Below, piece by piece: positions 1 to 10,296 of a stretch of 41,016 nt of DNA. The DNA is taken from positions 1-41,016 of the forward strand of contig LT642179.1 of assembly GCA_900128585.1 (NCBI GenBank). Reading direction: 5' to 3'. The DNA comes from Stramenopiles sp. TOSAG23-3. Its lineage: Eukaryota. The position numbers and the translations under genes are program-made. The notes beneath the pieces are model-generated. The model did no database searches and had not been told where the DNA came from. It saw nothing but the letters and a program-made list of their open reading frames with translations. How positions within the stretch are numbered: the first letter of the stretch is position 1; each line of letters begins with the position of its first letter.

Positions 1-79
1 GAGATGTCGGGGGAGGGTCGTTTGCGGTATTTTCGATCGGCGGTGCAATAGCCAAGGTTCGGTGGCGTGCCTTCGTCCT
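1..79. repeat. Dispersed repeat, copy A (probably truncated by window edge); matches 32317..32395
   Basis: Gapless manual alignment to 32317..32395 gives 66/79 identities, same orientation. Confidence 0.9.
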
Positions 80-304
80 ACTTCTCTTGAGTAATTCTTA
101 CGTAAGATTTAGCGACTTATCATATTCTTAACATAGTAAAAAACGATACGTTCTTAGCATAATGGTTTATAAGTTAAACTGATTTAATTAAAACAGTACA
201 ATCTCACAAAAAGGTGCTAACTGACTTTAATACCCCCCCCCCCCCTTCAGATTAATTCTAAGAATCGTTTGAGTACCCAACCAACAACGCAACCGTCATC
301 TTCC

Positions 305-2155
305 CTACGAGGGTCTATCATCGTCTTGACGCTGCTGCACGGTCACGAGGACGTCCCCATAGTTTGCCAGCACTGACATGATTGCCTTCCTGGACACAGT
401 TTCCCGCCACATTATTTCCTCGATGTGGTGCTTTCCGTGCAAGTACGGGCAGAGCCTCTTAAAAAGTTTGTACACGGGTGTATCGTTTGCAATTTGTTCC
501 AAGTAAGACCTTTCATGAGGTTGCAAATGCAAGGACTTTTGCTGCTGGGACGCGATATCAAGCCACCCACTCGGACCACCACCACCCACGGAGACTCCGA
601 TTGGGGGGGAGACGCCGACGCCGCTCGAGGTTACGATATCTTCTCGCACTTTCGCACTGTAATCGTTCAAGCTCGAAATGTTCCCTCCTTGCCTGGATTT
701 GTTCCCTTTCTTCCCCCTCCGATTGTTCTTGACCGTTTTCTTACTGCTGCTCAAGATTCGCTTCGCCCTGGACTGTTGCGCGTCCCCTATCAGCAGGTGA
801 ATGTACGTGTGGATTTGGGACAGGAAGTCTTTTCTAAGGAGCCATATGAGCACGTGGATAAACCGCAGCTGTTTCTCGGAGCTCATCCCTCTCATGTGCT
901 CGCCGATGTTGGTCAATCGCGACGAAATGTGGTTCAGGGCCTGGTGCAGGGTCATGGGGCTGAATTTGTGGTAAAATTCCAAGGCATTCGTGGAGTTCGG
1001 CCGCAGGTCCGCCTTGGGATGCACGACGTACACGTTGTTTTTTGTCAGCGTGTCGATGATCTTTCCCTTTCCCCAGAACACTAGGTGCGCGGCCAGTCGA
1101 AACAATTGTGTCAAAGAAACCCCGGAGTCTACATGGAGCTCCAAAAAACTTTTCATGACGTTGGTCATCTTGACGAAGCTCTGCAATTGGGGAGACGCAT
1201 CCCTCGGCAAAGAAGCGAGAACAGAAGCTTCCTCGTCCAGCAGCATCAGGGTTTGGTACGGTCGTATTGGTATGGCAGGATGGCAAATCGGGTCCCGCAG
1301 TGCGATGGACAGTGGCATCCACAGGTTCAAAGAAAAATGCGCGGAACCTTTTTCGTTCAGCTTATGGTACACGTCCTTCAGTTCGCAGGCCAGCAGACTC
1401 CGCGATAGGCACACGTCGATGAGGGTCTGCGGGTCAGAATTCTTTTCCGAATCGGCCGTCCCCCCGGAACCATTAATCGTGCCAGTTTGATCATGCGGTT
1501 TCTTCTCAAGCTGCTCCCAGACGTTCAAGATCTTCGACGCTTCATTCGACACGTAATTGCAACGGGATTCCTCGTAGAACAAAGCATGCGCCAACCTCGA
1601 GGCCGCCAATCGATACCCGACTAAATGGGCCCGGCTGCTACTGGGGCGAGAGAGGGACCCCGGTGCCGACGTGCCCGCGGCCTCTTCGCCCGAGGTTCTG
1701 TCCGTGTCGGAAGGCACTGCAAAAACGACATTGAAAAAATTAAGACTATTGCCGCCGCACAAAACAGGGTGAGAAATAAACGTGACCTGATCAATTTCAA
1801 GCTCAAACGGTTTGTTGCATAGCGAGTTTTTCGGGCGAAAGAGCTGGGCGAAGAAGTCAGGTTCTAGGTCAAAGAATCCAGTCTTGAAGTCATCGCCATT
1901 ATTATTCGCACTGTTGTAGTTGCTGGAACTACTCTCTGACGCGTCTCTATACTCATCCTCGACGGAATTAAACTCGTAAGGGTTGTTGTCTATGTCTTTC
2001 TTCGACTTGGTGGCCCCCGGAACGTTCGTCTTCAAACTGGCCCCGCCCCGTTTCGATTGTGCAATGAGCCCCGAAGACCGCAACGAAGCCGGGTACCGAA
2101 AGGCCAACCGCACGCCTTGGCTCGCATCTTCCACAACCAGGGCAATCCCAATCAT
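305..2155 (-). CDS. NPRL3: GATOR1 complex subunit NPRL3 / nitrogen permease regulator 3-like
   Basis: First ATG at 2155 (MIGIALVVEDASQGVRLAFRYP). Recognisable NPR3 blocks: AQLFRPKNSLCNKPFELEIDQVTFISHP, LAHALFYEESRCNYVSNE, IRPYQTLMLL, LAAHLVFWGKGKIIDTLTKNNVYVV, LFKRLCPYLHGKHHIEEIMWRE. Confidence 0.92.
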   Translation of the reverse strand: MIGIALVVEDASQGVRLAFRYPASLRSSGLIAQSKRGGASLKTNVPGATKSKKDIDNNPYEFNSVEDEYRDASESSSSNYNSANNNGDDFKTGFFDLEPDFFAQLFRPKNSLCNKPFELEIDQVTFISHPVLCGGNSLNFFNVVFAVPSDTDRTSGEEAAGTSAPGSLSRPSSSRAHLVGYRLAASRLAHALFYEESRCNYVSNEASKILNVWEQLEKKPHDQTGTINGSGGTADSEKNSDPQTLIDVCLSRSLLACELKDVYHKLNEKGSAHFSLNLWMPLSIALRDPICHPAIPIRPYQTLMLLDEEASVLASLPRDASPQLQSFVKMTNVMKSFLELHVDSGVSLTQLFRLAAHLVFWGKGKIIDTLTKNNVYVVHPKADLRPNSTNALEFYHKFSPMTLHQALNHISSRLTNIGEHMRGMSSEKQLRFIHVLIWLLRKDFLSQIHTYIHLLIGDAQQSRAKRILSSSKKTVKNNRRGKKGNKSRQGGNISSLNDYSAKVREDIVTSSGVGVSPPIGVSVGGGGPSGWLDIASQQQKSLHLQPHERSYLEQIANDTPVYKLFKRLCPYLHGKHHIEEIMWRETVSRKAIMSVLANYGDVLVTVQQRQDDDRPS

Positions 2156-2673
2156 ACTTTTAACTGTGTGACGAGCGCACTTTAAACCCCCCAAATCGTT
2201 AATTGCATATATGCGTATACTTTGTTAGGCAGTGCAATAATAAAAACAGAACAAGAGAGAAGATTATGGATGGTGGTCGGTCGTAATAAGAAAGGAATTC
2301 AATTCAATAAACTCTTGTTTGTTAAGAATTGGATTAATTTATTATTATTATATTTTATTACAATTTTTTTAATTTTTTTTTAGTAGTAGTAGTATATAGA
2401 GTATAGTATTTAATAAAATACAGGAGGTACCAGTACAGGTATATTAATTAATAGGTACAGGTATTAATAGATTATTATTATATCCCACCACCACATATGC
2501 CGGTACGTAAATACCAAGTAAATCAAACCACTGTTTTACATAATACAGGCAGCAGCACTAATGGATATCATTCCATAGAAGAAGAATTCTATATTTTGAG
2601 ATATGATGATGAGTAAAAATTAGATTAGAATAAAATTATATTTTGTTCGCAAGCGACAAGTGCCCCAAGTTCA

Positions 2674-5600
2674 TCACAGTTTCTTCTGCACCCCCCTTCT
2701 TCTTGCAGATCGTGGCCTAGCAGATTTAGGCCGCGGTTTTTTGCCACTAGACCCTATAATTGGCAAGCTCTCGGTCTCGTCTTTCCTTGCACTCTTGCTC
2801 CCAGAAAGGGGCAAAGCAAGGCTGTTTCCTTTTCCCGCTGCTGCATCGCGTGGAGTAGTAATCATGCTCTTAAGGAATTTGCTCATGTTCTGTTCAATCG
2901 TGCGAGCGTTGTCTGTGTCTCGCTGCAAGTGATCAAACTTCCTCTGAAGAACAACTAAGCTCTTCCGCTTCGCCTCCAGCTCTTCCTTCATGGATCTATT
3001 TTCTCGCTCTAAACTTACTGCGTTCTTTTCGCATCGCTTCAACTCATGCCTCACGGACATCTCTCGCTCCTCTGCTTGGGTGGCTGCCCGCACCGCCTCC
3101 TGCCTGGCGACTTCCATCGATTCTACCTGCTTTCGCATCGAGCCAAATGCTTTATCGTTGACCTCGTCCCCCGACTGCAATTCATTCTGCAAGTCTTCGA
3201 TCGTCTTAACGGCGTTGGCCAAAAGTGACTGGGTCGTTTGCAGTTTTTCCCCCACCTCGTTTCTCTCGTCTTCTACCCGTTGAATTTCGTCGCTTAGCTC
3301 TTTCATTCGCCCTTTAAAGGCAAACACTTGCTGCGCTGCTTCGTCATTCATTTCTTCCAGCTCCTTCGTCAATTCTTGGTTAGCCTCTTTAATATTTTTT
3401 GATTCCATGTTTTTGGTTTCCATCCTTTCCACCAGCTCTTCCGTTCGGTTTCTAAATTTTTCACCGAATTCTGTTGACGCTTCAAGCTCCGACTGAAGCG
3501 TTTCAACCTCTTTTTCGTGTTCTTTCTCCATCTCCGCATTTTTGGCCTTCAAGACTTGCTCGGACTTCATTCTCTTTTTTAACTCTGAAGTCACCTCTTC
3601 CAGCTTTGTGAGCGTCGCCTCGAGCGACCTCCTCGATTTCTCGCACATTTCCTCGCTGCTTTGGAAGTCGGCGCTTGTGGTTTTCAGCGACTGCTTTAAA
3701 TCTATAATTTCACGCTCCATTTTCCCGTTGGCCTTTGTGGTATGGACGAGTTTTTCTTCAAGGCTGGCCATCTTGTTTCGAGAATCATCAACCTTTTTGT
3801 TTGCTTCCATCGCAACGTTTTCCACCTCCTCTTTCATTTTTTCTTCCATTGTTTTCTGCTTCTGAACCGACTGCTTCAACGATTTTTCAACGTCCAAGCA
3901 CGCTACACGTGCGTTCTCTGCGACTGCCCGCAGGGTTCGGTTCTCTTCTTCCATTTCGCGATTTGCTTTTTCCAAAGCAGAAATTTCCTCCGCCTGCCTT
4001 GAGAGTTGGTTCGTAGCGTTGGCTACCTTCTGTTGAAGGCGTTCTGTCTCATCTTTAAACGAGCTCACCCCTTTCTTCATTGCCTTGTTTGATTTTTTGA
4101 GTTCCTGGATCTTCTCCCGCTCTGCCTTGAGGTCATTAATATAATCTTTAACCCGGATCTTGCCGCTCCTGACCTCCTCTTCCATGCTTGCAGCGAGTCG
4201 GTCTTTTCTCTTCATCTCTGCTCTGTTGGCCCGCAGCTGTTCCTCCTGGGCATTTACTCGTTCAGTTTCTTCTTGAAATCGCTCTTGCAGGGACATGTAT
4301 TTGTTTTCCATGGCTGAAAAGTTTTCCTCTGCTCGTTCTGCGCGTTCAATTGCACCCTGAGTGCATTGTTCTGCGTGCCTGCAATCATCAATGGCCTGCT
4401 GCGAGGCCCCCTTTTCTTTGAGGTACTTGTCGTTTGCTCGCTGAAGCTCTGATCGGAGGTCGGCCATCTGGTTCGAGTGATCGTGCTTCAGACTTGAGAT
4501 CTTACTTCTCAGCTCAATCTTCTTCACGCCTTCCTGGTCCAGCGCCTCCTGTAGGGCAGATACTTCTTCCTCCAGAACCATCTGGTCCTTTTGGACGGAC
4601 TGGCCCCGTACACGAAGCTCTTTTAGTTCAGCCTCGGCGCCCCGAAATTTGGTGGCAATTTCAGTTCGGCCCGCGTCGCACTCTTTCAGTTCGTTCACCA
4701 AACGTTTCAGGTGACCTTCCATCTCGGACTCGTTGCTGCGCATAGCTCTCATCTGCCCCTTGGAGTCAGAGAGCTCTCTCTCTATCTCGGCAGCGCGAAC
4801 ACTTAGTTTGTCGCACTCATTTCTCGCATCCTCCAAGAGCTTGGACTCCCTGTCCCCTGTCGATTGGGACTCCTCCAATCTGCTGGTCAACCCCATGATC
4901 GTCTGGCTTTGCGAATTGATTTGCGCGCTAAACTTATCGCGTTCGGACTTCGCACGTTCCTGTACTTGGCGGGCGCGCGACCTTACGTTATCCAGCGCGT
5001 TTCTCATTCCTGCAATCTCGTTGGTGATGGTTTCGTTGGATTTTTTCAGCGCGAGTAGTTGTGCACGGCTCTCGGACGCTTGCCGCTTTGCCTCCGCAGT
5101 TTCGTTGCGTGCTGATTGCAACTGGTTTTTGTATGCATCTAAATGGTCTTTCATATTTTCTGTTTCGCTCTGCATTGTTTGGTGCAGGTCCCACGTTTGC
5201 TGCAAATGCTTCAAGAACACTTCGCTACTTGCCCCATGAGTGGAAAGAATTCTATGAGAAATGTTCGTACCTGCTTGGGCCGCGCCGTCGGTGGACGGGC
5301 TGGAAGCAAGGCTCCCGCTTGCGCGGTGCGTCGTTGCCTCGTTCGCTACTTGCCCAGGCCGGCTCGTGCTGGTGAAGGGCATGCCGGACGGAGTTGGGGC
5401 AGAGGCGTGGGGAATATTCACAACGTTTTCCGGGATGGTTGGAGGGCTACGATGCCGCGTTGGCGGGGGGACGGGGGGAGTGTTGTGGCGCTGCCGAGAC
5501 GCCATCCTGGTGGCCTTTTTGGATTTTGATTTTTGAGAAGAGCTCCCGTTAGACCCTTTGGAGAGCGTCGGCTGTTTGTTCCGCTTGCCGCCACCGTATT

Positions 5601-5763
5601 TTTTGGTCATATTCCTCTTCTTGCGATTCCCATCGTTTTCTTTGTTCATATTAAGCTGAATACTGCTCAACTGACTGTTTGCTTCTGCAAGCTGCGCCTC
5701 CAACGCCTTTTTTTTGCGCAGAATTTCTTCCTCGGAAGTTCGATGAGGGGGTTGACTGTACAT
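2674..5763 (-). CDS. Long coiled-coil protein of unknown function (1029 aa)
   Basis: Uninterrupted ATG-initiated ORF. Basic/Pro-rich disordered N-terminus followed by about 780 aa of E/K/R/Q/L-rich heptad sequence; no globular domain recognised. Confidence 0.85.
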   Translation of the reverse strand: MYSQPPHRTSEEEILRKKKALEAQLAEANSQLSSIQLNMNKENDGNRKKRNMTKKYGGGKRNKQPTLSKGSNGSSSQKSKSKKATRMASRQRHNTPPVPPPTRHRSPPTIPENVVNIPHASAPTPSGMPFTSTSRPGQVANEATTHRASGSLASSPSTDGAAQAGTNISHRILSTHGASSEVFLKHLQQTWDLHQTMQSETENMKDHLDAYKNQLQSARNETAEAKRQASESRAQLLALKKSNETITNEIAGMRNALDNVRSRARQVQERAKSERDKFSAQINSQSQTIMGLTSRLEESQSTGDRESKLLEDARNECDKLSVRAAEIERELSDSKGQMRAMRSNESEMEGHLKRLVNELKECDAGRTEIATKFRGAEAELKELRVRGQSVQKDQMVLEEEVSALQEALDQEGVKKIELRSKISSLKHDHSNQMADLRSELQRANDKYLKEKGASQQAIDDCRHAEQCTQGAIERAERAEENFSAMENKYMSLQERFQEETERVNAQEEQLRANRAEMKRKDRLAASMEEEVRSGKIRVKDYINDLKAEREKIQELKKSNKAMKKGVSSFKDETERLQQKVANATNQLSRQAEEISALEKANREMEEENRTLRAVAENARVACLDVEKSLKQSVQKQKTMEEKMKEEVENVAMEANKKVDDSRNKMASLEEKLVHTTKANGKMEREIIDLKQSLKTTSADFQSSEEMCEKSRRSLEATLTKLEEVTSELKKRMKSEQVLKAKNAEMEKEHEKEVETLQSELEASTEFGEKFRNRTEELVERMETKNMESKNIKEANQELTKELEEMNDEAAQQVFAFKGRMKELSDEIQRVEDERNEVGEKLQTTQSLLANAVKTIEDLQNELQSGDEVNDKAFGSMRKQVESMEVARQEAVRAATQAEEREMSVRHELKRCEKNAVSLERENRSMKEELEAKRKSLVVLQRKFDHLQRDTDNARTIEQNMSKFLKSMITTPRDAAAGKGNSLALPLSGSKSARKDETESLPIIGSSGKKPRPKSARPRSARRRGVQKKL

Positions 5764-6449
5764 GTCGTGAGTAGTTGGGCCACCCAGATGTAACGTTATT
5801 TGTTACCGCGGGCTTCTGGTTCAAAGCTGAAGTTCAATTGTGCAACACGATGGCCAATGTCTACCTTGAAAACACTTAGTATATGAAATCTGCAAATTTC
5901 TTTTTACACTTTAACTTTCATCCAGAAACTAAACACGGTACGATGGTGTACCCGTAGGGAACTTTATCTTCGATGTCTTTTTGATGACTTGTGTGAGGTC
6001 AGGTAATGATGGATTATTTATTTTTTACGACCCGCCGCCCCTACTACTACTACTACTAAAAAATAATAGAATCAATATAATTTAATAACATACGCACAAG
6101 ATAGAGGAAGAATACTTTTTCTTTTTGTTCTTTTTTTCGCAAGCCTCATCCATCATTTTTTCTACTTTTTTACGAGGAGGCTGTTGTATATTGTATACAT
6201 AATCATACCATAGGTTTTGAATGTTCATAATTATAACGGTCGATAAAAATAATCGAAAAGGGGAAATTGGCCTGTACTATTTATTGTATGTGTACTCTAA
6301 CGAGGAAATATGAGGCGCCATTCTATTATTTGTTTTTTTACTGTTTTGTTATTTTAATGTATGAGTCAATGGAGTAATAATAAAAATAAAATTCCGATCT
6401 TATCAGCAATATATAGAGTTACAATTAAGGTATACTAATTGATCAATCA

Positions 6450-8132
6450 TCAAATAGTGACGACAAGGCCAGCTTCGATTCGAAAGGCTGGGGCGATAAA
6501 AAATGGGCTATTACCCGTCGCACTTGAGGCTTTTTCGTGGCTCGTTTCGCCCGATTTAGAAGATCCATCATCACCGAAACCTACCGGATTACGAACAGGA
6601 TGTTCCAGTGCAAGCCCGCCCCAATCGTACCTTCCAACCTGCAGCTTGCACATCTCGTTCGCGCAACAGATCGGGCCAGACGATTTCGAAAGCTTTCCCA
6701 TCCACTCCATGGGCTCGATAAAATAGTGCTTACTCTCGCTCAAAGAAATCGCCCGTTGCTCGTCGAACCGGGCGATCACCGAGGGCCGATGGAGACGATC
6801 TTTCGGCCGTTCGGCGTCGCATTCCAGCGCTTTCATTTGAGACAGCCACCTTTGCTTTTCTTTCGACTGTGGGCGAAGCAACGACGTGTCGCCCACTACA
6901 TTATGTACAAAGTCCGATGGGGGGGGCGACGAATAATTTACAACCCCCCCTACCTCAGTCTCCCCCCCCTTTGACCCGGCCATCGCTTGGTCGTCGTCGT
7001 CTACGTCCATGGCCTCGCTGCCGTTGTCTCCTCCCGCCGCGGAGTCGGAGCGGGACCTGCGCCTCGATCTCGGTTCGCTCAAAGGAAAGGCGATCGCGGC
7101 GTCCTCCTCGGCTTCGCTGCAAGTGCTCTTCTCCTCGCCAAAAGGCTCGGCAATGGTTGCAGACGCATAGTACCGGCGTAGTCGCGGCGGTCGGTCCGTC
7201 AGGGCGGCTTGTTCGTCCGAGTACGCCGTCGGCAGGTTTTGGTCGGACTCCTGGCCCACCGTCGCACTGCTACTGTTTTGAGATTTCTTGCCCATCGTCG
7301 TCTGGTTCAAATCCAAACGCTTTCCAGCTATCAGCGGCGAATGGGTCGCCCCCGAGGACTCCGACGGGGAGATATTTACAATGCTGCAGGTCACGAACAA
7401 GGGGGTCCTGCATCGCCGGCACACGAACTTCATGTCGGCGCCCCGCAGGGAGGGGATGACCTGTTCCTCCGTGTTCCCTTTTGGCCGCGTTAAGCACAGC
7501 CTTACCGGGGTGTCCAACGCGCAGGATGCCAGGGGCCGTGGAGTGACGGACCCGTTCAACTTGTAGTTGTAAAGCGCTACCTCTAAATGTTGCCGCAGCA
7601 GCGCCTGGTGCGCGCGGTACACGTCCCAGCCAGCGGTGCCGTACGCGTTCAGCTGGAGTTCGAAGCCTTTGTTGCAGCTGACGACGCTGCGTTTCCGTTT
7701 GACCATTTTGTAGGCGTCGTCGAAGCCCAAACTCATCGTGGACATGAGAAAGGCGCACACGAACGCGGCAGAGCGGGAGCGCCCCCCCTTGCAGTGCACG
7801 AGCACATTCCCCCCGCTATCGATGCAGCTTTCGATAAATATGTTCGCCGCCGGTATTGCACTCAACAGGTTCGCGTACCCCTTGTCACGCATGGTGACTT
7901 GCAGGTACGTGAAATTCTTCGGGTACGTTGCCGGGACCCCGGAAATGTTCAGAATGTGGGTAATTCCATACTGCGCCAACGATTCCCTGTTAAACGCACA
8001 GTGAACAGAGCCTATGTAGATGCCGTCTATGATGTTCACCGGCACGTTGTCCTGCACGCAGTCGCTATCTAACGTCAAGCCCGGCCGCGGCTTTCTTAGT
8101 CGCCGTCCACCGCCGCCTTTGGCGTTGAGCAT
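6450..8132 (-). CDS. Dual-specificity protein phosphatase, YVH1/DUSP12-like architecture with split C-terminal zinc-binding domain
   Basis: First ATG at 8132. IIDGIYIGS..GITHILN, catalytic loop VLVHCKGGRSRS (HCx5R), AFLM, NKGFELQL; C-terminal FVCRRCRTPLF ... YFIEPMEWM ... C..C..VGRYDW ... IAPAFRI. Confidence 0.88.
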   Translation of the reverse strand: MLNAKGGGGRRLRKPRPGLTLDSDCVQDNVPVNIIDGIYIGSVHCAFNRESLAQYGITHILNISGVPATYPKNFTYLQVTMRDKGYANLLSAIPAANIFIESCIDSGGNVLVHCKGGRSRSAAFVCAFLMSTMSLGFDDAYKMVKRKRSVVSCNKGFELQLNAYGTAGWDVYRAHQALLRQHLEVALYNYKLNGSVTPRPLASCALDTPVRLCLTRPKGNTEEQVIPSLRGADMKFVCRRCRTPLFVTCSIVNISPSESSGATHSPLIAGKRLDLNQTTMGKKSQNSSSATVGQESDQNLPTAYSDEQAALTDRPPRLRRYYASATIAEPFGEEKSTCSEAEEDAAIAFPLSEPRSRRRSRSDSAAGGDNGSEAMDVDDDDQAMAGSKGGETEVGGVVNYSSPPPSDFVHNVVGDTSLLRPQSKEKQRWLSQMKALECDAERPKDRLHRPSVIARFDEQRAISLSESKHYFIEPMEWMGKLSKSSGPICCANEMCKLQVGRYDWGGLALEHPVRNPVGFGDDGSSKSGETSHEKASSATGNSPFFIAPAFRIEAGLVVTI

Positions 8133-9625
8133 TTCCACAGGAAAGAAGAAGGGAAGAAGAAGGAAAGAACAAAAAAAAGTTGACTTTCCGTGTGTGAATA
8201 AAAAAGGTACGTAACTCAGCGTTCTTCTGTGTGAATACAATGATTACTATTCTACTTCATTTGTGTATAAAATGTATTTGTTTTTTAATAAATATTAGTC
8301 AATAATGATTTGATTATTATCATATTATTATTTGTTTTATAATAATAAAATAATAATAATACGTATAAAAAAAAAAAAAAAATTATTTTTTTTTATACAC
8401 AACAATATTAATACACAATAATAGTCGGTCTAGCTGTATTATTTATTTAATATTATTATTATTATTATTCATAGTAGAAGAAGAAGAAGAAAAAAAAAGA
8501 AGAAAAAAATAGTCTATGAAAAATAGATATTTATTATTATAATACATTGGAGATTATAATACAAGGAGACAAGGAGGCGAGGGGTCGGTCGGTAATATTA
8601 ATACCAGGTACCGTACCTGTATAAATAATACAGGTATTAATGTATTAATACGGTAAAAGAAGAGATTGTGCAATGTATTATAATCACACTGTAATTGGAG
8701 TTTGTTTTATTATATTTATTATTTTTATTTTTGCAATAATGAATGAGTCCAATGAGGCTACACTAGTCTCTAATTGGACTATTAGTGGAATTAGTCTATT
8801 ATTATTATATTAATTATATTTAGTCGTTCTAAAAGTACGATAGATGGAATAGACGAACTACGAAGAGAAAAAATGAATAAAAAATAGAAAGACTTTTTAA
8901 TGAAGAAAGAAAGAACTTTCTCCATTATTGCCAAATAATGACATTGCGTATTATATAATTTAAATTATACTTTGTTTTATTATATACATTTTATTTACAC
9001 TATTCATCATAGAACGACTATTCTATTCTATTTATTATTATATTTTTGCCAATTATTCGTGTAATAATGTACAATGTGTTGTGTCGGTTACTTTTTGTAA
9101 TTTGTTATTTTATAGCTATACTAGTCTAATAGAATAGAAGAATAGAACTGACTAAACGGGTTCCGTTCGTTTAATACTACTGTGTATGATAAAAACTCAT
9201 TAGAAGGGTCGTCCTCGTATTAAACAAGTACAATATTGGTATACTATCTTCCTATTTTTGTTTTATTTTTGATGATATTTTATTAAATAATAGTACTATT
9301 CAATATAGCCTAATGTACAATATAATAAAAAATAATAATATAAAAAATACACTTTTTTTATTTAAAAAAATAATAAAATAATAATAATAAAATAATATAA
9401 ATAATAAAAATAATAATTATTATTGGAGAGAGTACGTACAAACAAAAAGAATAATGAATGAGAAACACACTGTTACAATCCGTTCTCATTCAATCAACGT
9501 AGGTAAATTAAAAAACGAGAAAAAATCAAGAGATAAAGAAGAAGATACATTCCACTACGGAAGAAGAACAATTCATTCGTTCACTCTCTCCTCTTCTTTC
9601 TTTCTTTACACATATAGCAAGCAGT

Positions 9626-9928
9626 ATGGCCAGCGAGGGTGGACCGCAGTACGTTAAGCTTATCAGTTCGGAAGACCATGTCTTCTACGTGGAACGGTCG
9701 ATAGCGATGGTGTCAGGGACGATCAAGGCAATGCTCATGGGGCAGTTCGCGGAGTCCAAAGGGGAAATACGTTTTCCTGAAATATCTAGTACCATTTTAG
9801 AAAAGGTCATACAGTACTTTCATTACAAGAACAAACACATGAACTCCACCAAGAAAATACCAGAGTTTAAGATTGAGCCCGAACTGGCCCTCGAACTTTT
9901 GATGGCAGCGAATTACTTGGACGCTTAA
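9626..9928 (+). CDS. ELOC: Elongin C (SKP1/BTB family)
   Basis: [63 protein letters not shown] are canonical Elongin C; 100 aa. Confidence 0.97.
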   Translation: MASEGGPQYVKLISSEDHVFYVERSIAMVSGTIKAMLMGQFAESKGEIRFPEISSTILEKVIQYFHYKNKHMNSTKKIPEFKIEPELALELLMAANYLDA

Positions 9929-10296
9929 TCGGAGCGGGAGCACAGGGGTCGGAGAAACGCGCGCGCAATGTGTAGTAGATGGAAATAGATCTGCGCGCGC
10001 GTGGAAAGGAAGATCGTCGTGGCCGTGCCCTGCCGTGCCTGCCGTGATGGACAAAAGCAAAAATCGTTCGCCCGGCGGCGGGGGTGTTGTCGGCGAAAAT
10101 GTGCGCCACCACGAACACGTTGTGTAAGCGTATAATTCTTTAAATTTGTTTTTATAGTAAATGCTTTAAGCGTATAATTCTTATAAAAATATCGTACTTA
10201 AAAAACAATAAATCTTCCCCCCCCTTTCCTTTTTTGCCCCCTTTGCTTCTCTCTTCCAGGCCGAACGCCTCGTTCAGAACACGGGCAGCAGCCTGT

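Noticed and set aside
233-246. Poly-C run
   Set aside because: Isolated homopolymer with no associated structure.
5860-5960. Branch-point/acceptor-like ACTAAG..TTTTCAAG upstream of the coiled-coil gene (minus strand)
   Set aside because: An in-frame stop lies between it and the ATG at 5763 and no strong donor was identified; at most an unprovable 5' UTR intron.
10040-10100. Possible SECIS or C/D snoRNA in the GC-rich stretch after Elongin C
   Set aside because: ELOC has no in-frame TGA and ends in TAA; no convincing quartet pairing or matching D box.
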